Part shown: positions 7,367-18,040 of the stretch, one piece after another | Numbering within the stretch: the first letter of the stretch is position 1 | How the letters are laid out: every line of letters begins with the position of its first letter | Origin: a virus | Taxonomy: Duplodnaviria; Caudoviricetes | IMG/VR virus record: IMGVR_UViG_3300019874_000010 | Coordinates: 1 to 41,053 of that record | Strand: one strand, 5' to 3' | DNA length: 41,053 nucleotides | The notes under the pieces: generated by a model | What the model saw: the letters and a program-made list of their open reading frames with translations, nothing else | What the model was told of the DNA's origin: nothing | The model's database searches: none | Position numbers and translations under genes: made by a program

Positions 7367-9388
7367 TTATGCAAATGTTAATAAGGAGGATGTTGCGTTA
7401 GTGATCACCCATGTAGTGTTAGCTGTAATACATAACACTTCAATACAATCATATCTATTAGCTGTAGTTATATTACCAGCTGATGTTGTTGTATCACCCA
7501 ATCCTTTAATAGTTTGACCTGTGTTAGCTGTTAATTGCCATCCGCCAGCACCACTACCTGCAATAGACACTCTATCACCAATAGCAGCTGTAGCCGGTAG
7601 TGTCACTGTAACTAGTCCAGCGTTATTCGTAGCATACCCATGATTGACAGCAGCAGTTTGTGACGTACCTGTCACTTCACTCCATGTCATATAAACTGCG
7701 CCACCACTAGGAACAGCCCAAGTTCCATCCCCTCGCCAAAATGTTGTATTATCTGCAGCTGTTCCGCTGTTCAAGTTACCAACAGCAAGATTCCCTGTAA
7801 CACCGTTAGCTAAGTTAATCTGTGCCCATGCAGGGATGTTAGATGTTCCTGTGTTACTTAAATATCTTGTAGCAGATGTACTCTTAGCTAAAGCTGTTAA
7901 CGTATCTGTAGCAGAGGCATATAGAATATCACCAAGTGTAAAATTATCTGGGATTGTAAATCCCGAATAGGCATTGCTAGCCGTATTCCAACGTATCACT
8001 TGACCGTCTGTACTTCCATTGGCTGTAGGCCATTTAGATGTAGTGACAGCAAAGTTAGTACCATCAGACATAATAATCTTGCCAGATGTACTTGCACTAC
8101 TTGGATAAGTAGCTGTGCTCCATGTAGGATAACCACTACTACCCCCACTACGCAATATACAGCCTGTAGCAGCACTAGGAGCTACAACGTTCCAGACACC
8201 GGTAGCTGTAGTGCCACCACATACAACACCGTATTCAGAGCCTGTAACAGTGGCCAACCCTGTACCACCGTACGCAACACCCACCACTGTAGCATTCCAA
8301 ACACCTGTGGTGATTGTTCCCACCACTGTTAATCCAGTGGGTAGAATATAGCCCATAGCATCTGAAGCAGATGTATCTTTTAATAATAATTTATCATTAC
8401 TAGCTAATGTAACAGAGCTAGGAGTGTCGATTGTCCAGGAAGCACCACTAGAAGCAACTGTAATGTCCCCTTTATCACCGTCGGAAACGCCTCCACCACC
8501 TCCATTTGCGACCCATGACAATGTCCCAGAGCTGTTAGTAGATAACACATATCCACTTGAACCATCAGCTGTAGGCAGCGTGTACATAACGTTTCCAGCC
8601 AATGATGCAGGGGCTTGAAAGCCTGTATAATTGCTTCCATTATCACTATCCTCTAAAATACGAATATATCCAGCAGCTGTAGAATTACCCCCCACTATCA
8701 TAGATGTAGTGGCAGTTAATGTTCCAGAGCCATAAACTAGGCCAGCATCACCGGCAAAGCTTCCAGAGCTATTAAATTGTACCTGTGTATCTGATCCGCC
8801 AGGGCTACCACCTCCGCCTCCACCAGCAGCGAGAACAAATTTATCCGTGCCACTATTGTATGTAACAACATAATTGTTTGTAGGAGAAGCTAAATCAGCC
8901 TTAGGTATTGCTATAACTCCATAATCAACACTACCAGCTCTATAACATAAAACACCATCAGCATAATCTGTCACCGTTGTGTCTAATGCTACTTGACCAG
9001 CAGCACTTAATGTAGCTGTTGCGTTATTAGGGATCTCAAAGCTAGTGGCATTACCAAAATCTATTACATCACCAGCTGTAGCTACTTGGTCTTGTTTTCT
9101 ATCAACACTATCAGCTGTTGTGCGTATTTCGAATGTAGCACCAACAGTGAAGGCTTGGGCTGTTGTTCCTTCTTTAGCTCTAACAATAGTGAACGTAGGT
9201 GACGAAGCATCATCTGTTATTTCTACTATTTCTATTTTAGTACCCTGTACAAGCGTAGCGCGGATCACTTCACCGGATCCTATAGCAGGAAATCCTGTAG
9301 CACTATTCACTGTAACCGTGGTTGTGCTGTCTGTTAATCCAGTTGTTATGCTAGTCGATGTATTATTAGCATGAAATCGTCTAGTCAT
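7367..9388 (-). CDS. Tail fibre protein
   Basis: 673 aa, G/T/S/A-rich with poly-Gly hinges and fibre repeats ([47 protein letters not shown]). Confidence 0.8.
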   Translation of the reverse strand: MTRRFHANNTSTSITTGLTDSTTTVTVNSATGFPAIGSGEVIRATLVQGTKIEIVEITDDASSPTFTIVRAKEGTTAQAFTVGATFEIRTTADSVDRKQDQVATAGDVIDFGNATSFEIPNNATATLSAAGQVALDTTVTDYADGVLCYRAGSVDYGVIAIPKADLASPTNNYVVTYNSGTDKFVLAAGGGGGGSPGGSDTQVQFNSSGSFAGDAGLVYGSGTLTATTSMIVGGNSTAAGYIRILEDSDNGSNYTGFQAPASLAGNVMYTLPTADGSSGYVLSTNSSGTLSWVANGGGGGVSDGDKGDITVASSGASWTIDTPSSVTLASNDKLLLKDTSASDAMGYILPTGLTVVGTITTGVWNATVVGVAYGGTGLATVTGSEYGVVCGGTTATGVWNVVAPSAATGCILRSGGSSGYPTWSTATYPSSASTSGKIIMSDGTNFAVTTSKWPTANGSTDGQVIRWNTASNAYSGFTIPDNFTLGDILYASATDTLTALAKSTSATRYLSNTGTSNIPAWAQINLANGVTGNLAVGNLNSGTAADNTTFWRGDGTWAVPSGGAVYMTWSEVTGTSQTAAVNHGYATNNAGLVTVTLPATAAIGDRVSIAGSGAGGWQLTANTGQTIKGLGDTTTSAGNITTANRYDCIEVLCITANTTWVITNATSSLLTFA

Positions 9389-9999
9389 TATAAGCTCCTC
9401 TGTACAACACTGTTAAGGACAAGTCCTAATTCTGGAGTGCTCACACTATCAGACACAGCCGTAATTGTATTTGTAACTCTTAAATAAATAGGAACAGCAT
9501 TAATAACACCGCTTAATATAGTATTACCTAAAGCTAAAGAAGCCCCAGGTGTATTAGTATCTAATTCACCCGAGCTTAAAGCTAATATAATTTCTGTAAT
9601 CGGACTATCCTCTGCCACTAATGTCCATACAACGGACCCATCAGTAGTTGTACCGTTTAATATAACACCCCAAGTAGGTTCTGATCCAGCACTTGTCCCA
9701 GCTGTAGTCACTTCATAGCGATAGCCATTAGCACTTGTAGGAATAACACTAGCACCTAAAGAATACCCGTGTGTCGATTGCCATTCAGGCAAGATGTAGG
9801 TAGGTGTTAATACAATGTCATCCACCCCTGGATTACTACTTGCATATAAAGCTTTGTTGCTATCTACATTACCTAAATAATATGTATAGTCATGTGCTCC
9901 GTCGGATAAGTCGCTTAAAGCATCAACTAACACCGTCGTATTCGATATAATAGTGAGTCCACTATCATCATATAGTTTATAGCCTATAGCCATTACCAT
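9388..9999 (-). CDS. Tail protein with a carbohydrate-binding-like module
   Basis: Follows the tape measure gene; [10 protein letters not shown]...[13 protein letters not shown]...EPTW...DGSVVW module. Confidence 0.55.
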   Translation of the reverse strand: MVMAIGYKLYDDSGLTIISNTTVLVDALSDLSDGAHDYTYYLGNVDSNKALYASSNPGVDDIVLTPTYILPEWQSTHGYSLGASVIPTSANGYRYEVTTAGTSAGSEPTWGVILNGTTTDGSVVWTLVAEDSPITEIILALSSGELDTNTPGASLALGNTILSGVINAVPIYLRVTNTITAVSDSVSTPELGLVLNSVVQRSL

Positions 10000-11459
10000 T
10001 CCCCTGTTGCAGCAGCTTCTTGGGCTGTGGCTTTATGTATGTTAGCATATATTACACGTTGCCCCTTAGGACCTTGTACATATGCGTCAATACCTTGCTC
10101 TGTTTTTACTGTTATAACCATATCGTTATTTTGTACTTTTTGTGCTAACTCAGTTAATGCTTGAGCAGCGGCTAACATACCGCTTTTACTTTCACCTTCA
10201 CCTGGAAGGGTTTGTTGTGCAATACCATTTAATGTAGCAATTTTAGAACTCACTGAAGCTCTACCAATACCAACGCCGCTAGCGGTGTCAGATTGTATTT
10301 CATTTAATAATCTATCGAACACTTTATCTCTAATTTGTGTTTGTGGTTTTATCGCAGCTGAAATATATTCTTGAGCATTACCAATCTTAAGTCCTAATAA
10401 TTCTTCTAATTTTGTCTGACTAACACGGTTTAAAGATTTAGCCGCTACATCAGCCTTTTTACTTAATTCATTTACATTCAGTATAACTTCAACTAAAGCA
10501 CCTTCCATACCTTTTAAAGCGTTAGTAATCGCAGGAACTGTACTATCTGTATTAGGTGTTTTTGGAGCAAAATAATAAGGAGCTGGGGTGGGGTTTACAC
10601 CTAAGGCAAGTTCTCTACCTGTACTAGCTGCATCAGAAATACCACTACTAACTGCACTAAAACCAGATTTAACTGATCCAAACCAACTAGAATCTCCAAC
10701 ATCTTTAATTGTCGCTTTAGAAGTATCTACAGCAGATGATATAGCAGCACCTACAGCTTTAATATTTGGAATTAAGTCTATAAAAGCTTGTTTTAATTTA
10801 TTTGAAATTGTATTAGCTAGGCGTTTGACATCTTCATCAAACTTTTTGAATTGTTCTGCTTGCTCTGGTGTTATTAAATCACCGTTTTTCTTAGCTTCTT
10901 CTATTGTTTTACGAAGGTCCGAACGAAGTAGGTTTAATTGTTCTTGACCGGCTTTACCAAATATAGCAATTGCGATTTGAGCTTGGTCTGTACTATCGCC
11001 AACTTTATTAAGCTGTGTAGCAATGTCAGCGTAAGCCGCTGTTAAGTCCTCTGCGGCTAATTTAGAAGCACTTAATCCTAATGCAGCAAATGCTTGTTTA
11101 GTGTTTGCATCACCACTCCCAGCAGCCCCAATGCTTTTACGAAGACGTAATAATCCAGATTCTAATGTTTCTATATCAACGTTCGCTTCAACAGCAGCAT
11201 TTTGTAACGCTTGGAACCCGCCTACACTAACATTAAGCTTATTTGCAGAAGCGACAAGATTATCAACACTTTCATAAGTCTTTTTAACTGTTTCAACAAA
11301 TCCAAAAATACCAGCGCCAGCTAAAAGTTTTCTAAAGGCTTCTTTTGCAATATCAGCCGCATGACTATATTCTAGAATAGCGTTTTTAGCTTCCCTAGCT
11401 GCTGCTAATAGTGGTCTATTATCAGCCGTAAATTCTGTCTTAATTATCGGATTCATCAT
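9993..11459 (-). CDS. Tail tape measure protein (short, 488 aa)
   Basis: Ala-rich helical sequence (AFAALGLS, AIAIFGKAG) directly after the chaperone pair. Confidence 0.85.
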   Translation of the reverse strand: MMNPIIKTEFTADNRPLLAAAREAKNAILEYSHAADIAKEAFRKLLAGAGIFGFVETVKKTYESVDNLVASANKLNVSVGGFQALQNAAVEANVDIETLESGLLRLRKSIGAAGSGDANTKQAFAALGLSASKLAAEDLTAAYADIATQLNKVGDSTDQAQIAIAIFGKAGQEQLNLLRSDLRKTIEEAKKNGDLITPEQAEQFKKFDEDVKRLANTISNKLKQAFIDLIPNIKAVGAAISSAVDTSKATIKDVGDSSWFGSVKSGFSAVSSGISDAASTGRELALGVNPTPAPYYFAPKTPNTDSTVPAITNALKGMEGALVEVILNVNELSKKADVAAKSLNRVSQTKLEELLGLKIGNAQEYISAAIKPQTQIRDKVFDRLLNEIQSDTASGVGIGRASVSSKIATLNGIAQQTLPGEGESKSGMLAAAQALTELAQKVQNNDMVITVKTEQGIDAYVQGPKGQRVIYANIHKATAQEAAATGEW

Positions 11460-11701
11460 CTAGTCCTATGTAAAGTCTTCAAGAAACTACGCAATTTGTC
11501 AGCACGTTCTTTCTCAGAAGCCTCTTCAGCTATTTGGAACTGTATATTCTTTTTCTTCTCATCATCTTCTAGATGGAAATACCCCATCCAATCCTTTAAT
11601 TCAGCTGCATCCATTGTACTCTCCAGTTGCTTAACAGTCATTTTCAATGTCTTAGCTAGGGAATGTAGAAAATATTTTAATGGATGCTTTAGGAGTTTTT
11701 T
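11456..11701 (-). CDS. Tail assembly chaperone, -1 frameshift extension (gpT-like)
   Basis: The -1 frame is open from the slippery site (KLLKHPLKYFLHSLAKTLKMTVKQLE...ELKDWMGYF). Confidence 0.75.
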   Translation of the reverse strand, partial: KKLLKHPLKYFLHSLAKTLKMTVKQLESTMDAAELKDWMGYFHLEDDEKKKNIQFQIAEEASEKERADKLRSFLKTLHRTR

Positions 11702-12024
11702 GCTGCGTTCTCGATAGACTCGTCATCTTTATTAATAGAATTAATTTCATTATAGAGCTTTAATATGCTATCAGCAGATTTATTCTCTAAATCATCAATG
11801 TCTTCAAATAGAAGAGACCCGTCTTCGTTAATTACAGATTGTTGCACAATATGCAACATTACAAGATCATTATCTGCTAATGAGCGTAGTCCAAGTTGTT
11901 GCCCTATAGACATAGCTTTTATTTCGACTTCGCCGCCCCATTCATCCATCACTATCATTTTACGTTTCAAATCTTGGCAATGTTTTATTTGTTCTTTTGT
12001 CAATCTAGCCATTACTAACTCCAA
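11689..12024 (-). CDS. Tail assembly chaperone (gpG-like)
   Basis: EWGGEVEIKAMS and EDGSLLF motifs; lies between the tail tube and tape measure genes; ends ...AAKNS. Confidence 0.8.
   Translation of the reverse strand: MELVMARLTKEQIKHCQDLKRKMIVMDEWGGEVEIKAMSIGQQLGLRSLADNDLVMLHIVQQSVINEDGSLLFEDIDDLENKSADSILKLYNEINSINKDDESIENAAKNS
11695..11701 (-). other. Programmed -1 ribosomal frameshift site A AAA AAC
   Basis: GCA AAA AAC TCC TAA at the chaperone 3' end; a -1 slip enters the downstream ORF. Confidence 0.8.
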
Positions 12025-12446
12025 ATAGGATTACCTGTAACAGCTAGTTGAGCCGTTCCTTTTACGCATCCATCAGCTTCTACGTTAGCTTGCATTTGTA
12101 ACACAAACACTTGAGCAGTCCATACGTTTAATGTAACTACAGGGTCTGTATTAGGTAGTGTTAATATGAACGTTCGTTTCGAACGGGTATTCATAGCATC
12201 TAACATCTCAGCTTGACCAGCATCATCTAAGTTCCATAAGAAAGTGAGAGTGAATGTACCCCAATCTTGTAATCCCATACGCTTTTCTTTAGCGTCAGAT
12301 AGCAATGTAGTAACATCTATAAGACTAGCTGTTCCGCTACCTATTCCTGCAATAGACTGATGCCCTGTTATTGCAACGGGTGATCCACCACTATCAGCAA
12401 TAGATATAGTAGCTCCTTGAGTTGGTATATCAGCAAAGCTTGTCAT
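12015..12446 (-). CDS. Major tail tube protein
   Basis: IDVTTLLSDAKEKRMGLQDWG...DDAGQ...LAVTG pattern of siphovirus tail tube proteins. Confidence 0.8.
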   Translation of the reverse strand: MTSFADIPTQGATISIADSGGSPVAITGHQSIAGIGSGTASLIDVTTLLSDAKEKRMGLQDWGTFTLTFLWNLDDAGQAEMLDAMNTRSKRTFILTLPNTDPVVTLNVWTAQVFVLQMQANVEADGCVKGTAQLAVTGNPIWS

Positions 12447-12458
12447 AATATTTCCTCG

Positions 12459-12851
12459 TTAATCAATACAATAATAATTAATTTCTACAAAACAATGACA
12501 CCAAGATTCTTCTATATTAATCAAAGAGATATTGATGTTTTGTATGTGAACAGTTGTGTTATTAAGACTAAGGCTCTGGCCCTTATATCCATCTCGAATA
12601 GTGTCAGCAATAGTGTTAATTCCGGCTAAACCTTTCTTCAAGGGAGTGAATATATCAACTTGGTAAATCCCATGATGATAATTTCCACTATTTAATGTGT
12701 ACAATTCACCACTAGCAGGAAGCAATGTTGGCCTTAACCAATTAGTGCCTTGTACAGGCTCATTCTGGGTGTTTGGATAATAGATCGTAGGCAAGCCACC
12801 TATATTAGATAGTTGTAAATTCAAAATGTTATGTATATTTGATAAGCTCAT
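12459..12851 (-). CDS. Tail terminator protein
   Basis: YPN...WLRPTLLPA...GIYQVDIFTP pattern; position before the tube gene. Confidence 0.7.
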   Translation of the reverse strand: MSLSNIHNILNLQLSNIGGLPTIYYPNTQNEPVQGTNWLRPTLLPASGELYTLNSGNYHHGIYQVDIFTPLKKGLAGINTIADTIRDGYKGQSLSLNNTTVHIQNINISLINIEESWCHCFVEINYYCID

Positions 12852-13210
12852 TTGTATTTATTAATCACTTTATTTACAATATTATGAAAATCTTTTAAAC
12901 CTACACGCATCATACCTGCAGGTGCTTGACTACTCCAACCACTTTCAATTCGTAACGCATAAGGCATAGGATTCTGTATAACAACGTAATTTGACTTATG
13001 CTCTATTTCCCAGGCTTTCTTAAGACTACCTGGAACATAATTATGTGGAAAGTAAGGAGGGTGCCATAAAGCAGGGTTACCTACAGGTGTGTTGTTTACA
13101 AGCTGTTTGAAAAATATGTCGCATGATTCATGTAACACTTTTTCATTAATTTTTAATCTTACTTGAATCTGTCCATCAAATTGTCTTTCCCAATCACTAT
13201 AATGACTCAT
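12848..13210 (-). CDS. Tail completion or neck protein (HK97 gp10-like)
   Basis: TPVG...GSLKKAW...NPMPYALRIESGWSSQAPAGM motif. Confidence 0.75.
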   Translation of the reverse strand: MSHYSDWERQFDGQIQVRLKINEKVLHESCDIFFKQLVNNTPVGNPALWHPPYFPHNYVPGSLKKAWEIEHKSNYVVIQNPMPYALRIESGWSSQAPAGMMRVGLKDFHNIVNKVINKYK

Positions 13211-13560
13211 TGTCTTAACTGCACCTTATAGAGAATGTTACCACCTTGGGCTGTTATATTTTGTATAGTTAAAGCTGTGTATGATTTACCGTTGATAACG
13301 AATATGTCATTCTCTAATGGAGCATCAGGTGTATTAAGTATTAACAATACATCATCGCGTTGTATAACGGACCCATCAATTTGGTATGTATTATAATTAC
13401 TAGGATAACCAACACCTGTGTAAGACGTGTCTGTAGTGTCTATAACATCACCTGTCATAGGATTCATATCGCTAACAACGTCGCGTGTGAACGTGATAGT
13501 CTGTCCTAATTCACTTAGAATATCATAGGCTACAGCATACATATCTGTCTGGAATGTCAT
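13207..13560 (-). CDS. Head closure or head-tail joining protein
   Basis: LGQTITF...NPMTG...IDGSVIQRDD...LYKVQLR pattern; neck-cluster position. Confidence 0.7.
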   Translation of the reverse strand: MTFQTDMYAVAYDILSELGQTITFTRDVVSDMNPMTGDVIDTTDTSYTGVGYPSNYNTYQIDGSVIQRDDVLLILNTPDAPLENDIFVINGKSYTALTIQNITAQGGNILYKVQLRQ

Positions 13561-14042
13561 CCTTTACTAACACCTATTACATTACTTCCATTTAGGCCAT
13601 TAAATAGTATTTTCCACAAAGCATTTAATATACGTCTATTAACAGGAACTGTTTTGGCACCTGTAGCATATTCGATTTCTAATACGTCAGCTCTCTTTCT
13701 ACGAACGTTGGGAACAATATCGTTTAAAGGATCTGTTCCTTGATCAATAGCGATTGCACATTCTATTAACCCGTTTTTAAGTTGCTCGGGAATTGTATTT
13801 GCTGTTAAGTAGTAGCCGTCTATAATAACATTTGATCTAGGCCATTGTAATAATTGGGCATAAGTTAATTTACTACCTTTGTACAAAAGGCCTTCAATAA
13901 AATCCATTGCGCGAATTAGTAATATTTCTGTATCTAATACTAAAGTGATTCCTCTAGCTGTAGCAAAAGCTGAAAGTTCAGCTTCGCTAACATATGAGTT
14001 AGCATCAGCTACAATTGTTCCATCTTCTACTACAATTGTCAT
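13557..14042 (-). CDS. Head-tail adaptor (DnaT-like family)
   Basis: IVVEDGT..DANSYVS, QLLQWPR, IPEQLK and LEIEY motifs. Confidence 0.75.
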   Translation of the reverse strand: MTIVVEDGTIVADANSYVSEAELSAFATARGITLVLDTEILLIRAMDFIEGLLYKGSKLTYAQLLQWPRSNVIIDGYYLTANTIPEQLKNGLIECAIAIDQGTDPLNDIVPNVRRKRADVLEIEYATGAKTVPVNRRILNALWKILFNGLNGSNVIGVSKG

Positions 14043-14548
14043 TACACTTCACCGAATATAATAATGTCGTAAGTTACACCAGTGCCGCCAGCTGAATTGT
14101 TTATCTGTAATACATCGGCAGAGCTATTAGTGACTCCGTACCCGCCAGCAGATGGATCATAAACAGCTATCATACCACCTGGTTTAACTACTAAAACATC
14201 AGAAGCATTGGCCACCCAGTTTACAAAAGCCGATCCATCACCACCAATTAACAAATTGTTTGTGTTAGCAGAAGCAGCAACTATAAAAATCCCTTTAATA
14301 GCTGTGAAGTTGATTGTGTCACCAAAAGCATTTACTAAGCTACCAAACAGATCTAAATCATCTGAGCCACTGGCTGCTATTGCTCTAGTGTCTGTCCAAA
14401 CCATATTGGCTTGGTTAGCACCTGTACCATCAGCCACTGTATATCGCTTAGAATAGTTAATGTCTAGTCGAGCACTACCTATATCTAATGTTTTAAGCAT
14501 CTGTCCTAAAATTTGTACATTAACTGTACCGCTATAAGTAGTTGCCAT
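14042..14548 (-). CDS. Putative virion structural protein
   Basis: Start MATTYS at 14548 after GAGGAGG; beta-rich; lies in the head module. Confidence 0.55.
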   Translation of the reverse strand: MATTYSGTVNVQILGQMLKTLDIGSARLDINYSKRYTVADGTGANQANMVWTDTRAIAASGSDDLDLFGSLVNAFGDTINFTAIKGIFIVAASANTNNLLIGGDGSAFVNWVANASDVLVVKPGGMIAVYDPSAGGYGVTNSSADVLQINNSAGGTGVTYDIIIFGEV

Positions 14549-14559
14549 TACAACCTCCT

Positions 14560-15204
14560 CTAATAATCGGCTATAATAGACCAAATCATAGTTACAACAC
14601 CTGTCCACGTGCCAGTTCCAGCTGTGTGCGAAGCATCATCAGCTATAGCTACGTTTAGGAAAACTGGTCCTGCTGTAGTGTGTCCGTCATACCAACGTGC
14701 ACCGGCTTCTGTGATTTGCGTAGCCACTGGGAAAGCAGCTGTAGCCGCCACCTTTGAACTAGCTGTACTCATAGCAGTGCTTTGTAACCAAGTTGCTTCA
14801 GTAGTTACTAATGTTGTACCTGTACCTGCTGTGGCGCTACCTAATGCTATTACACCTGTAAACGCATCAATAAATGTACCTGTAACACCCATAGTTAAAT
14901 TACCGTTAAGAACAGCCCCTTGAACATATACAATACCCTGTGGAAATGTATATAACTTAACTCCGCCGTATTGAGCTTGTCCCGCATCATCAGCTACTGA
15001 TAAAGGCACTGCTGTACATGTTAATATGGTGCGATTTAAAACACCATTACCACTTTCAGCAGCAACTACATAAGGTTTAACGGCATCAGGGATCACCCCA
15101 ACACCGCTAAGGCCATTTCCATTATCATTATACACTTCGACGCGACGAGGAGCGGTTATATTTGCATTTCGTGCTATATACCCATCAACATATTTAGTCG
15201 TCAT
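14560..15204 (-). CDS. Putative virion structural (head fibre or decoration) protein
   Basis: A/T/G/V-rich ORF within the head operon. Confidence 0.5.
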   Translation of the reverse strand: MTTKYVDGYIARNANITAPRRVEVYNDNGNGLSGVGVIPDAVKPYVVAAESGNGVLNRTILTCTAVPLSVADDAGQAQYGGVKLYTFPQGIVYVQGAVLNGNLTMGVTGTFIDAFTGVIALGSATAGTGTTLVTTEATWLQSTAMSTASSKVAATAAFPVATQITEAGARWYDGHTTAGPVFLNVAIADDASHTAGTGTWTGVVTMIWSIIADY

Positions 15205-15206
15205 TA

Positions 15207-15626
15207 TTAATCCTTAGCAATGAAAGCGCCGAATACAATACCAGTAGTGTCAATAGTACCAGCAACAAGATTACTCAAACGAACATAGCGGTATAATACA
15301 CCACCTTCCTCGTTTCGGAAAGGCACTACGTAACGCCCAGCTGCAGACAACGCTGCATCCATAGGCACTACTAAATTACCAAACACTTTTTTAGCTAGAC
15401 AAACACTATTGCTAGACATAGCAGATACAGTGGAACCTTCTAACGAAATTGTGTATATCTCGTTACCAGTTGCAATCTCTGCAGATACTAAGTCAATCAC
15501 TAAATACCCATCAACTAAACCCAAACCTAAATCGATTATGTCTCCATCAGCGGATGCTGTAAGACTAGCTGAATCCCGTAGATTCAGCGCGTCATCGTAG
15601 GTGAATTGGCCATATAAATTTGCCAT
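15207..15626 (-). CDS. Putative capsid cement or decoration protein
   Basis: Directly after the major capsid gene; IIDLG...YRYVRL jelly-roll-like pattern. Confidence 0.6.
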   Translation of the reverse strand: MANLYGQFTYDDALNLRDSASLTASADGDIIDLGLGLVDGYLVIDLVSAEIATGNEIYTISLEGSTVSAMSSNSVCLAKKVFGNLVVPMDAALSAAGRYVVPFRNEEGGVLYRYVRLSNLVAGTIDTTGIVFGAFIAKD

Positions 15627-15651
15627 TATTTCTTATCCTCTAAAATTATGA

Positions 15652-16578
15652 TTAAGCTACGATAGCTGCATCAGCAATAAATTTCAAACGTACAATTGCA
15701 CGACCGTTAAAGCAAGCCATACCGTTATACCATTCAACACGTGTGCGGAAAACTGGAGCGGTTTGTAACTCGCCCATGTCACGCACATCCATACCACCGT
15801 TCTGTAAGCCGATCAAACCATCATTACCCATTGATACAACATAAATAGAGGTGGCTGTAGCTGTACCAGAGTTAGCTGCTTCTGTAAAAGGTAGAATAGC
15901 GGCCCCTGTGTTGTCTAAATCTACAACTAGGATAGGTAGTCCGTTATACTGCATCACTCTTTTACCAAAGGCATCTAGTTCCCATTGTACAAACCCGCCT
16001 ACAGTGTATGTACGAGCAGCAGCTGCAAATCTACGTGCCATTGCTTTGTTCATAATTATATGCGTTGGGTTAAGACATTGGTCAATAGCCTCATCCATTT
16101 TAGTTAGTTTAAGTGGTTCACCGTTAGCGGTTGTTCCTGCTGATATAATCTGTGCACCAGTTGCTCTTTCTTTCAGTCCATCGAATTCTCTAGGATCTGA
16201 TTGGTTGGAACCGTTGATGAATTTAGCAGTCCAAGCCAGAGCCAAAGCTCTCACTTTCATAGCTTCGTGTACAGCACGTTGATTCTGGCCCATTGTATCT
16301 ACGATGAATTTATCTACATCTAAATCACCGCCTGCGATTACTAACGCTTCTACGATAGGATTCAAAACACCTGTGCTAGGTGTATATGCTTCATTCACAC
16401 CTCTAAAACCTACTCCGGGATAAGCACCTTCGCGATTGTATTTCATTGCATTACCGTTGATTGATTCAAAAGGTAGTGCTTGTAGAATGCTTGAAGATCC
16501 TGCATATATTTCGATGATGCTGTTACGCAACACATCGCCGCTATCTAGTTTGGCGGCTTCTACTAAAGTTAATGCCAT
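15652..16578 (-). CDS. Major capsid protein (HK97 fold)
   Basis: MALTLVEAAKL, FRGVNEAY, GGDLDVDK, EFDGLKER, YNGLPI and RTRVEWY motifs. Confidence 0.9.
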   Translation of the reverse strand: MALTLVEAAKLDSGDVLRNSIIEIYAGSSSILQALPFESINGNAMKYNREGAYPGVGFRGVNEAYTPSTGVLNPIVEALVIAGGDLDVDKFIVDTMGQNQRAVHEAMKVRALALAWTAKFINGSNQSDPREFDGLKERATGAQIISAGTTANGEPLKLTKMDEAIDQCLNPTHIIMNKAMARRFAAAARTYTVGGFVQWELDAFGKRVMQYNGLPILVVDLDNTGAAILPFTEAANSGTATATSIYVVSMGNDGLIGLQNGGMDVRDMGELQTAPVFRTRVEWYNGMACFNGRAIVRLKFIADAAIVA

Positions 16579-16602
16579 TTTGTATATTTCCTATTTGTTT
16601 AA

Positions 16603-17214
16603 TTATTTGCTGCTGCGCATCGCGTTAATACGATCTACAGGGCTAAGTTTAGATAAATCGGGTTTATCTTGCGCACTACGCATGTTACCAGGAGCACCGC
16701 CACCTGTTGATAGATTAGTAACAATAAGAGGAGCATATTTAACATCACATTCGAATTGTTTCTTTATATCTTGTAAGGTTTCATTATCCACCCTACCTGT
16801 TTCATCAGCTACATTGCTGATTGTTTTGGCGATGAATGAAGATAGTAGCTCTGCTTTATTTCCATCACCCTTCGTTAACTCATTAGCCACTTTGTTAGCC
16901 GCTAGTTCTATTTTCTCGTTACGTCTTTCGTTTTGTGCTGTTGTATACTTATGTTCAAGTTTGGCGTATTCTTCATCTTTTTGTTTATAGAGTTTTTCAT
17001 ACTCGCCATTCTTCTCTGCAATGGATTGCTGCTCCCGCTTAGCTTGTTCTGCATCATCTGCTGCCTTCCTCTTCTCTTCTTTAGCAGCTTTAGTTTCTTT
17101 AAGAAGTTCATCCTTCTTATTAGCTAACGCCTCTACTGCTTTCTTAGCTTCTGCTAATTCTCGTTTTAATTCGTTTATATCTTCAAGTGGTTGTTCTAAT
17201 TGTTCTTCTTGCAT
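16603..17214 (-). CDS. Capsid scaffolding protein
   Basis: Highly charged coiled coil with C-terminal TGGGAPG; directly upstream of the major capsid gene. Confidence 0.8.
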   Translation of the reverse strand: MQEEQLEQPLEDINELKRELAEAKKAVEALANKKDELLKETKAAKEEKRKAADDAEQAKREQQSIAEKNGEYEKLYKQKDEEYAKLEHKYTTAQNERRNEKIELAANKVANELTKGDGNKAELLSSFIAKTISNVADETGRVDNETLQDIKKQFECDVKYAPLIVTNLSTGGGAPGNMRSAQDKPDLSKLSPVDRINAMRSSK

Positions 17215-17357
17215 GTCACATCCTCTGGATTAAACTTCTCATCAAGCTCTCTGAGCTCATCTAGTGAAAACCACCCGTCACCAAGTAGTTTACTACTGTT
17301 TACTTCATCAACAAATTCTTTTGGTTGTGTTTCTAACCATTTATATAAACGTTTCAT
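17196..17357 (-). CDS. Small protein resembling the C-terminal segment of head morphogenesis proteins
   Basis: ATGA overlap with the upstream gene; YKWLETQPKEFVDEV...SLDELRELD. Confidence 0.5.
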   Translation of the reverse strand: MKRLYKWLETQPKEFVDEVNSSKLLGDGWFSLDELRELDEKFNPEDVTCKKNN

Positions 17358-18040
17358 TCTATAGGCACCAATGTACACCCACAATTAGCGTGTAGGGGTA
17401 TTAGTCCATCTACTTCATCCGGATCATAAGGACTATTGTCCGCGTAATCTTCACAATCAGGGCAATTATTTAATTCTAAATCTAACACCCAGTCAACTTG
17501 CATATTTAACTGACTAGCAACTTCGTTTCTAGTCATATTAGCTGTTCCTAACACAGCCAATCCAGCTAACGCCATTGCTTGTACGGATAATAAGCCAGCT
17601 GTTTTCTGCTGTACTGCCTCTTCTACGTCATCTTCCTCTAACACTTGCGTATATACATTAGTCGCTGATAGGGCAAAAGCATTATAAACATCTTCTATTG
17701 TTGCTGACGGTTTGTTCAAAGTAGTGCTTATTAAAAAATCCTCCGCATCACCCTCTATTTTAACGACACCTGTATCTTTATATGGGTAATACTTTTTAAT
17801 TCTTTTTGTTGTAAACTCTGCTTCATAAGCTGAGAGCTCTCGTAATAACTCTTTTGATTCGTTAGACATCTTTAATTTACTACTTACATAAAAATTTAAA
17901 TATCTAAAATCATTTGTTCTAACTGCTTCTAGTATAATCTTCTCAACATCTTTTAACTGATTAATAGTTAGGCGTGCCTGTGTCCGTACCAGCCGCATCA
18001 ATAGGAGTTGATGACGTAGAATTTCTGCTTGAAAGGACAT
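17354..18040 (-). CDS. Head morphogenesis or minor head protein (SPP1 gp7 / Mu F-like)
   Basis: C-terminal CPDC...IPLHANCGCTLVP; follows the portal gene. Confidence 0.75.
   Translation of the reverse strand: MSFQAEILRHQLLLMRLVRTQARLTINQLKDVEKIILEAVRTNDFRYLNFYVSSKLKMSNESKELLRELSAYEAEFTTKRIKKYYPYKDTGVVKIEGDAEDFLISTTLNKPSATIEDVYNAFALSATNVYTQVLEEDDVEEAVQQKTAGLLSVQAMALAGLAVLGTANMTRNEVASQLNMQVDWVLDLELNNCPDCEDYADNSPYDPDEVDGLIPLHANCGCTLVPIE

Noticed and set aside
3100-9388. Diversity-generating retroelement or invertible tail-fibre cassette
   Set aside because: No reverse transcriptase or invertase, and no template/variable repeat pair noticed by eye.
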